Both the position numbers and the translations under genes were made by a program. Below are positions 55,035 through 64,000 of a stretch of 64,000 bases of DNA, piece by piece (the first letter of the stretch is position 1; each line of letters begins with the position of its first letter). The notes under the pieces were generated by a model, which was given only the letters and a program-made list of their open reading frames with translations, was not told the DNA's origin and did no database searches. Source of the stretch: Eledone cirrhosa. Its lineage: Eukaryota. The stretch is taken from positions 32,860,001 to 32,924,000 of the forward strand of contig OZ024749.1 in assembly GCA_964016885.1 (NCBI GenBank), given 5' to 3'.

Positions 55035-55170
55035 GGGTGTCCCCAAAAAATATATACTCATGTTTATTAGAATGCTGTTGAAGTATGTATATATTTTTTG
55101 GGGACACTATATGTGTGTGTGTGAGTGTGTGTCTTGCCTTTATCGGAAAATGGTAGGTTAAAAAGGATTA

Positions 55171-55217
<47 letters not shown>

Positions 55218-57145
55218 GTGTATATATATATATATACACTTGTGAGTGTTAGCTGTTGGGTTAGGAACTGTGTCTGTGTATTGGCTGTAGTATTGAACAG
55301 GCACATTTCTCTTGCACCACTCACACACAACCTTGTCTTATTTCGCCGCTTCCTAAATCTCGCACTCTACTAGCCAGCCCTGCAAACACAATAATAATAT
55401 AACAAGCATTATTTTCAAATAAATCGCCATCACAATTCTGTGAATGTAATACATACAACACATATATAGCCAGTCCCTGGATGATTTGGGTATATATAAC
55501 GTGTGTGTAATGTAGAATTTGTGCTCGGTGGGGAAATAGAGAGAGAAAAAAAAAAAGAGAAGTGTAAAGAAAGAAAGATAGATTGATAGATAGATAAACG
55601 ATGCCAGTCAATTTCTGTTCCCGTCTACCACGATGCAAAATACTTTTATTGTTCATATCTCGTTTTTTTTTTCTTTGTTATTGGTTTGAAATTTAAAATG
55701 AAAAAAAAAAAAAAAAAGATAGAAAAATAGGTATATATTTTAAACAAATAAAATAAATTTCAAACAAATAAATTTTTTTTTATTCAAATAGACATTTTTC
55801 TTTATTTTTATTATATCGATTTAAAGAGAATGAGTGTTATGTTAATTTAATAATTTTTTTTCATATTTTACCGCTATTTTAGTTATCGTGGAATTTATTA
55901 TATTTTCGAGGACTGTGCATAATATATAATGTGTGTGTGTGTTTATTGTGTGCGTTACACCCTCTTTTTTCCCCCTTCAGGCGAAAGCCAGCAATCGCCA
56001 AGGAGGTGTGTATGTGTTCTATTTCATAGCCACTTACCACCGTTGTATTGGGTCCAACTGCTACCACAGCTTAGAAAGATGCATATTATATTTAGTGTGT
56101 GTGTGCGTGTATCTGTCTATTTGTGTATGTGTGTGTGCTGTTATTATTTTTATTATTATTACGTTATTATTATTCTTATTCTGAGGGGACGTAACTCTAG
56201 ATACTGTTGCTTAATAAACATTAACTGTTACGCGTGATGGGATAAATAAACTTAAAACGGTTTCTCGTAAGAATGTTGTATTTTTGCTTTCTCCCCCTTC
56301 TGCCTCGCTTACACAATCATTATCAGTATCCCCACTCCCGTCTGTGCAGTCTTTTCTGGAGCCACACCTGGGTCATGAATCTTGAGTAATGACCGAAATA
56401 ATATGATAGTGCGTAGCTCAGAGATCAGAGAGTCATTCCATGTAGATCAATTATTTCTCCGAATTGAGAGATCACAGCTCCTATACTACGGATATGTGGT
56501 CTGAATGCCTAAAGAAAGAAGTTTTGGACATTTTAAAAGCATAATCAACTGGCAGATGACCCAGAGGTAGAAAATGAGGAAGACGGTTGAATAATATCCC
56601 TGAGCTTGGGGATCCAGGCGGATCAATTGCATACAGTACCCACTGGAAGGCGTGTCACAGGACTCTGTCCCCTCAACCTTTCCAGGAATAAATGGGCAAT
56701 GAAGAAGAGGAGTTCATTCTTCAAGTTTGATCAAGACCGATTTCTTCCAGAGAAAGACAGGTAGTGAGTGATAGAGGGGGTGCGTGAGAAAGATATACAG
56801 AGTAAAAATTAAATATGATTTAGTACCGCTTCGTCCTCGAGGACGCACCCTAATTTTGACAACCAAAAATTTGAAAAAAATAATAAACAACCTTCGGCCT
56901 CCAGGACACATGGTAAAATTTTGAGACTTATTTTAGGAAAAGAGTAGCGTCTTCAGCGCCGGGAAATATGGTAATTCCATGTTTTATGTAAGGTCACAGA
57001 TAACATTCACACATTCCTCATACACATTTCATTAATACATGCAAGTAATTGGGTGGAAAAAAAGAGAAGTGAATCATGTGGCTTCCTGTTTGTGTTTCAC
57101 ACCCTTCATATCCCTTGTTTTGGTTTACATTTACACTACCAACCC

Positions 57146-57186
<41 letters not shown>

Positions 57187-57227
57187 AGGGTTTAGATCAA
57201 TATATGATGATTTCTAGAGGAATACAA

Positions 57228-57600
57228 CTCAAACTATACATATTCCATTAGTGTTATTTCAATTTCATTCCATATTAAAGTTTACCATTTATTCTCAACC
57301 TCATTATTGTTTCATATATTATATTTCAGACATGCTGAAGGCTTCTTTTGTCATTGCTTCCATAATAAAGTTCTGAGAAAAGCAAAGAGTGTTTGAGACA
57401 CATGACAAAAAAAGCCTTCAGCATGTTTGAAATATAATGGCTGAAATGATGATGAGGTGGAGAATAAATGGTAAACTTCATGTAATATGGAATGAAATTG
57501 AAATAACAATAATGGAATATGTATCTGTTTCAACACACGTTTTCAGATAAGAAATCTTGCAAAACAAATTAAAAAACGAAGGAATATGTATAGTTTGAGT
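57228..57600. repeat. Diverged long inverted repeat with a decayed hammerhead-like loop
   Basis: TTTCAGACATGCTGAAGGCTTCTTTTGTCA pairs with TGACAAAAAAAGCCTTCAGCATGTTTGAAA and pairing extends over ~120 bp. The loop reads CTGAGAA...GAGAC-ACAT-GAC. Confidence 0.55.
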
Positions 57601-58999
57601 CATATTTCTCTAATTTCGATCTTATTGCTTACAACGTGCTCAACAAATCAATTTGGAGTTGACACATGGATTAAACTGTTTCAAGGCAACAATCCCAGGC
57701 AGGAAACCTTGCAGTAAAGTAAAGGAAAATTAATGATTCAACAGCTTAACATATGGAAATGTTAAAATACTCTCAATTTCAATCATTTGAATAAGCCAGT
57801 ATCTCCGTTGTTTAATGTAGAAATTTGCCAGAACACCTATATTCTCTGATAGGCTTGTACTGTTTCAGGCAAATGAGGAAATCTGATAATCATCAATTAA
57901 TTGTAAACGAATAATCAACAAATTCTGGACTTAGCACACTCATCAGCAGGCTTGGTCCATTAGAGGAATCCCAAAATATCAACCTTACTAATAAATTTTC
58001 AGGTTGATGTATTCCACATGTTTGAATTAAAGCTTAGTGTTAATTCGTCAAGGAAACCTGTGCAGTGCACTCTACATGTGAATGGAGTTCCACTGAACCA
58101 GGTGGAGAAGTTCAAGTATATCGGGGCTGTGTTCACCAGTGATGGAAGGCAGGAGGCTGAATTAATTGCAAGAATTGCAGGAGCTGGTGCAGTAATGCAC
58201 CGGCTTCAGCATTCGGTAATCAGAAAAAGGGAGGTAGACGGAAAAGCCAAACTCGCTATCATCAATTCAGTATTCATGTGAATCCTTACCTATGGTCATG
58301 AATCTTGGTTTCTACAGCTGGATGCCCATGCAGAAACAAGACAAAACAATTGTCAGGGTGAAACCATCAAGTAAATTACTTCAGGTGTCAGTTAAATTGA
58401 ATCTATTGTAATTTATCAATATACTTATTGTTCCTTTTTAAAGTCTGTTTGACAGTTAACATGTAGTGGATAAACTAGAAACTTCTTTTGCTTCTGATTA
58501 CTAGTCAATGTAGTTTAGCTAAACCTTTAGAAGGGTTTTGTTATTCATGCTTGACACACACCACCACTATCTAGGTCTTTTGTAGTGCAGGGGAACCCAA
58601 TCATCATCATTATCGTTTTCCATACTGGCATGGGTTGGATGAGTTCTCATGAACTAACACTAGATGGAGTAGATAATCACAACTTATACGTTCTTATTTT
58701 GGCATGGTGTCTACAGCTGGATCCTTTTCCTGATGCCAACCACTTTACAGAGTGTATTGGGTACATTTTATTGGGGCCCCAATACTAATGTGAATGTGAT
58801 GTGCTTGGCTAGACTGATGAGTCTTTTCTACCTTAAATTCTGGGTGTCAACACCAGAGAGTTTGTCAAGTCCTACATTGTCTTGGTTTGTTCGTCAACTC
58901 TTTTACAGGGGGTATTGAGTGTATTCCATCGTGACATCCCCAGGTGATAAATTTACTGATTCTGAATTTGAAAATAATTTGAAGTAAGCTTGTTTTGTT

Positions 59000-59325
59000 T
59001 ATTAACACGATCATTACCATATTTCTCATGAAAGACACTGTCTATACCATTAACTCTTTCATTATCATATTTCTCATGAATGACACTATCCATATCATTA
59101 AACCTTTCATTACCATATTTCTCATGAAAGACACTGTCTATATCATTAAACCTTTCATTACCATATTTCTCATGAAAAGGTTAATGGCATAGGCAGTGTA
59201 TTTCATTAGAAATATGGTAACAAAAGGGTTAATGATATAGTCAGTGTCTTTCATTAGAAATATGGTAATGAAAGAGTGACACAGACAATGTCTTTCATTA
59301 GAAATATAGTAATAAAAGTGTTAAA
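59000..59325. repeat. Inverted arrangement of ~50-56-bp subrepeats (MITE-like)
   Basis: TTCATTACCATATTTCTCATGAAAGACACTG occurs about four times, followed by three reverse-complement copies. Confidence 0.65.
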
Positions 59326-59336
59326 AACAATATTTT

Positions 59337-59669
59337 GGAGGCACATGGCTTAATGGTTAGAGCATTGGCCTTGCAATCGAAAGGTTGTGAGTTCAATTCT
59401 CAGACCGGGTGATGTGTTGTTTCCTTGAGCAAGACACTTTATTTCACATTGCTCCAGTTTACTCAGCTGTAGAAATGAGATGATAAGGACTGGGGTCCAT
59501 ATCATTCCACTGCAAAGTGGTCGTGGAGGTGCCACGGCAAAAAAAGCACCCAGCAACCACTGTAAATGAGGTTGGTGTTAGGAAGGGCATCCAGCTGTAG
59601 AAATCAAGCCAGAATCAGTTCCCGTCCCACCCTTGCTAGCAGAGAAAAGCGGACGTAAAATGAAATGAT
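59337..59669 (+). mobile_element. tRNA-derived SINE, family B
   Basis: A box TGGCTTAATGGTTAGAGC, B box GAGTTCAATTC, body GTGTTGTTTCCTTGAGCAAGACACTT, and 3' tail GGTTGGTGTTAGGAAGGGCATCCAGC shared with the RTE 3' UTR at 6817-6850. Confidence 0.88.
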
Positions 59670-61369
59670 TTTCCAATTTATGTTGGAAGAGATGGAAACT
59701 GAAACAAACACAAGGTTGGAGATAAATTTACTTTCAACAAGTTGCAACAGCGTAAACAGGTTGGGAACCTGGAGTGTAGTGGGTAATATTTTCAGTTTTA
59801 CAACCAAGCATCATTATCATTATTATCGCCATCATCATCATCATCTCTGTTTTATGTTTATTTTCCATGCTGATATGGGATAGTCTTGTTCTGAAGCCAG
59901 GCATGTCAGATGACTGTGTCTCGCTCATAGTTCCATTCCGGCATGGTTTCTATAGCTGGATGGCCTTCCTAACGCCAAATACTTTGCAGCATGAACTTGG
60001 AACATCTTATTGTTACCAACACTATCACTTTACAGGGTGGACAGGGTGCTTTTTGATGTGGCACCAGAACTACCACATTACACTAAACACTTTAAAGTAG
60101 TGATTGGTATTTTTAGCTTTGCGTTCAAGCAATTTACTCTAAATCACTATTTTCGTGGTTGATGTGTGTTGTTGTTGTTAAGCTCCAGGCAACCCTGACT
60201 GGGAAGGTTTATGATCAAAAGGTGTTCCAACCATGATCACCCTATCTTATTTTCAAACACAGTTTATCTAGGATTACATCTATCCTTCCTTTTTAAAGAT
60301 GGTTGAGTGTGATTTCAGGCGATTTGATTGCTATTTCTAGCAGGGTGAACAACCATATAGTCATCTTCCTTCATTCAGTGATGAAAATACTTTATTTTAC
60401 TTTGACACTCTCTTATTCTTGTTGTTTTCGTCTTCAGTCATCTGTCATCTGATTGCCACAGATTGTCATGGTGGCACCTTTTTACTCAGTCTGTTGTTCA
60501 TTTCACCCTTTACTATTTATGTTATTCTATATATCCTATTGTATTATTTTCACAGTAAATGCTTTATCTCACATAATATCGAAGCTACGAGATTTTGATG
60601 TTATTATTTTGGGAACAATACCCTATTATTGGTATGAGTGGCAGCAGTTAGGGCCAGTTTGAACAGAAAGAGTTGAGATAATTGTGGCTGGATATGGCTG
60701 GTTTAAATGCTAAAGGGTTAAGTCATCATTGTTTATTGTCCTTTTTCCCTATCAGCAAGGTTTGGATGGGTTGTCAACCGACCAGGTCAATACTCAAGCT
60801 GAGCTACCAACCCCTTGGATGGGCCAGAGTGAGGAGTGCTGTGCTGCATCTCATATACTGAGTGCATTTTATTGTGACAGCAGCTCCAGAGAAGTGGTTA
60901 TGTCCTTAAGTAGCATCTGTATATTGGTTACTTGCTATTTGGTTCCTTATCATCTAATATCTGTTTTCCCTACTAAGTTTGGGTTGGAGAGGTTGTCACA
61001 AACTTCTGATCTCTAAGATCGGCTGGGAACCACATCTCATTTACATTTCTGCAGTTTACAAAGCGAGGAACTCTGTCAAAAGCATTCATAAATACTAGGT
61101 ACAGAAGCTTAAGGTCATATAGCACCATTTCATGCAGGTGCAGCAGTTATTTGGCTTTGTAGTTAGCCCTTTAGCATTCACATTACTCTATATATACTAT
61201 TACATTTTCATGGTAAAGGCTTTATCTCACATAATATCGAATCTATGAGATTTTGAAAGTATTTATTTTGAGAACAATACCTTAACATCAGTTTGGGCGA
61301 CCAGTTACAGCCAGTTTCAACAGAAAGAGGTAGAGAATTCTGGCCGGTTTGAACATTAAAGGGTTAAGG

Positions 61370-61520
61370 AGTTTACTTCACGGCCATGTGGTTTTAGGTT
61401 TAGTCATATTGCTTGGCACCTTGTGTTATCTACTATAGCCTCATGTTGACTAATGAATGCCTTGTGAATGAAATTTAGTTGACAGAAACTGTCTGGAAGC
61501 CTGTCATGTGTGTGTGTGTC
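61370..61520 (+). mobile_element. Degenerate SINE of a third family (CORE-like)
   Basis: TCTACTATAGCCTC...GCCTTGTGAATGAAATTTAGT.GAC.GAAACTG followed by (TG)n. A reverse fragment lies near 8690-8790. Confidence 0.45.
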
Positions 61521-61932
61521 AGTATTTACATTTACTCTTTGTTAATTTTCTGTTAATTAACCCTACTACTTGACTAGCTTATTTTCAAATCATTTTGAAA
61601 ATAATTCATAATCTAGAGTAATTTGATAATATAACTAAATTTCTCATTTTTATGCTGGTGTTTGGATCATAACTTAACAAAGGTTCTTGCATAAAATTAT
61701 AATGGAAGGTTTTTAGATAAATATAAACATTTAAACCTTTTAGTTAACATATTTTTAATGAAAAACACTGCCTATTTTCAAATCATTTAGAAAATAATCT
61801 AAATTTAATAATCTCTAAAAATTCTCATTTTTAAGTTGGTGTCTGGAACATAACTTAACAATGGTCTTACATAAAATTTTAATGGAAGGGTAATTATAAA
61901 AATTTTCAAATAAATAGCTTAGTATCATAGAA

Positions 61933-62314
61933 TCCACTTTACAGAGTGGATTGGGTATATTATATTATGGCGCCAGTATGACCACTTTACAGAGCGGACT
62001 GGGTGTATTTTATTGTGGAACCTGTGCTACCACTTTACAGACTGGGTTAGGTGTATTTTATTGTGGCACCAACACAACCACTTTACAGAGTGGACTGTGT
62101 GTATTATATTGTGGCACCAGCACTACCACTTTACAGAGTTAACTGGGTGTATTTTATTGTGGCACCAGCATAGCCACTTTACAGAGTGAACTGGGTGTAT
62201 TTTATTGTGGCACCAGCATAGCCACTTCACAGAATGGGCTGGGTACATTTTATTGTGGCACTGACACGACCACTTGCTGAATGGGCTGCGTGTATTATAT
62301 TGTGGCACCAGTAC
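61933..62314. repeat. 48-bp minisatellite (about 8 units) related to RTE 3' UTR repeats
   Basis: ACCACTTTACAGAGTGGACTGGGTGTATTTTATTGTGGCACCAGCACT with a 48-bp period. Similar units occur in RTE-tail fragments at 43170-43305 and 44830-44915. Confidence 0.85.
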
Positions 62315-63749
62315 TAGGGTGCTCGTTTTGTCTTCCTAAAAATATGGAACATTTTATGAATTTGAGCATTTACGTCTATATCCTACACTATTATACATTT
62401 ACAGCTACCTCCCCCAACAGCATTGCTTATTACTCACCTTGAGTGCTACAACAACCTATACCATCATTAGAGTTATGGCCCTTGCCATTCTGAGTTCAAA
62501 TCCCGCCGAGGTTAACTTTGTCTTTCATCCTTACAGGGTTGATAAAATAAAATACCAGTAATGCACTGGGTAATTGCTGGTCTTGTGCCAAAAGTAGAAA
62601 CAATTATTAACCCTTTTGGCATCAATCCACCTGAAACTGCCCTTATTCTATTATTCCAAGAGTTCATATTTAAATTTAAACCTTCCATTATAATTTTATG
62701 TATGAATCTTTAATTAAGATATATTTCAAACATTAACTTCATGAGAAAGTTATTTTACTAAATCCTCCAAAATTTATTATTTTCAGAATTAACCCTTTAG
62801 CATTTACATTACTCTATATTTACTATTATATTTTCATGGTAAAGGCTTTACCTCACATAATTAGCTCACATAATATCGAATCTTTGAGATTTTGATATTA
62901 TTTATTTTGAGAACAATACCTTAACATCGGTATGAGTGGCTGCTTACGGATGATTTGAACAGAAAGAGGTGAGAGAATTCTGGCCAGATACGGCTGGTTT
63001 AAATGCTAAACAGTTAATCAAAACACATATGCAGTGTATTTATTCCATTTAAAATATGGTAATGAAAAAGGTTAATATTTTCACAATAGTCAATAGATAT
63101 ATTTCAGAATTACTTTTTGTATTTTTCTTTTATTTTAATCAGTTTTTTCCTTACTAGTTTCTTAGATTTTTCCTCTTATTTATTTATTTTCATTTTGTCT
63201 TAATCCTAATTTTTTTCTTTCTGATTAACAGTTATAGCATAATAAATTTCCAACATTGTGAAAATACTTGTTTCAACAGTGTGTTTACAAAAGCCCTAAT
63301 ATTGCTAACTACTAACATATATATTTCCCCAATGTGGCTCGCTAAACCTATGTAAATCTGGGTCATAATAGCAATAATTGTTTCTACTTTTGGTACAAGG
63401 CCAGCAATTATGCCAGTGTATTACTGGTACTTTATTTTATCGACTCCGTAAGGATGAAAGGCAAAGTTAACCTTGGCAGGATTTGAACTCAGTCCGTAAA
63501 GGGACGTAACTGTGCTGCAAAGCATGGCGTCCGACCCTCCACCGATACTGCCAAATAGCAATAATAACATGTCTGCAGTTAATTCAATCTAATTCATTTA
63601 TTTTGACCACAAAATCATAGCAAATTACAGAGTGTAAACAGAAAAATCATTATCACCCTTATCATCTTTATGTCCACTTTTCCATGCTGGAAGGGGTTGG
63701 AAAGAACTTTTTAAGGAAGTGTTTTATAACCGAATGCTTTACCTGATGC

Positions 63750-63839
63750 CAGAGATTAGAATACGTACACTGCTTACCTACACATAGTAAGTTACCACTT
63801 ACTATGTGTAGGTAAGCAGTGTACGTATTCTAATCTCTG
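63750..63839. repeat. Perfect 43-bp inverted repeat with a 4-nt loop
   Basis: CAGAGATTAGAATACGTACACTGCTTACCTACACATAGTAAGT-TACC-exact reverse complement. Confidence 0.95.
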
Positions 63840-64000
63840 TGATAGACAGTAGAGAATAAAAAAATACTTATAGTTGAAGATGCATGTATATTGATCTGTA
63901 ATTCCTTGAGCACTTTAAAATCTGGTGGAGTCCATCTCCTCTTCAGGTTAGAACACAACAGAGATTTGAGAAAAAGCAAGTGAGAAAGAGATATAGAGGA

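Noticed and set aside
55981-56005. Candidate RSF1 micro-exon after a strong polypyrimidine acceptor
   Set aside because: Weak donor, and the peptide does not resemble the expected next part of the DDT domain.
53311-56237. Numerous YIYI/CVCV/HTHT ORFs (also near 34967-36043, 42653 and 51203)
   Set aside because: Translations of (TA)n, (TG)n and (CA)n microsatellites.

Overview
AT-rich, microsatellite- and retroposon-dense animal genomic DNA. The repeat families resemble those of octopus/coleoid cephalopods, which is an inference. Three host genes are supported: an intact intronless PSMA3 (proteasome alpha-7; minus, 9925-10683), a four-exon MMGT1/EMC5 (plus, 12933-29040) lying head-to-head with it, and the first coding exon of an RSF1-like gene (plus, 53184-53328). 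The MMGT1 introns hold mariner and Tc1-like relics, SINEs and a 37-bp tandem array split by a full-length, recently inactivated CsRn1-clade Gypsy LTR element (20320-26186). The rest is RTE and R4-like LINE relics, two tRNA-derived SINE families, piggyBac/hAT/Tc1-type MITEs and a non-autonomous Helitron. The most interesting signal is a set of sequence-unrelated fold-back elements, mostly next to (TA)n tracts, that carry hammerhead-ribozyme cores. One copy (35290-35344, minus) has a complete type I hammerhead inside a perfect 61-bp palindrome. All coordinates were read by eye and many repeat boundaries are approximate.
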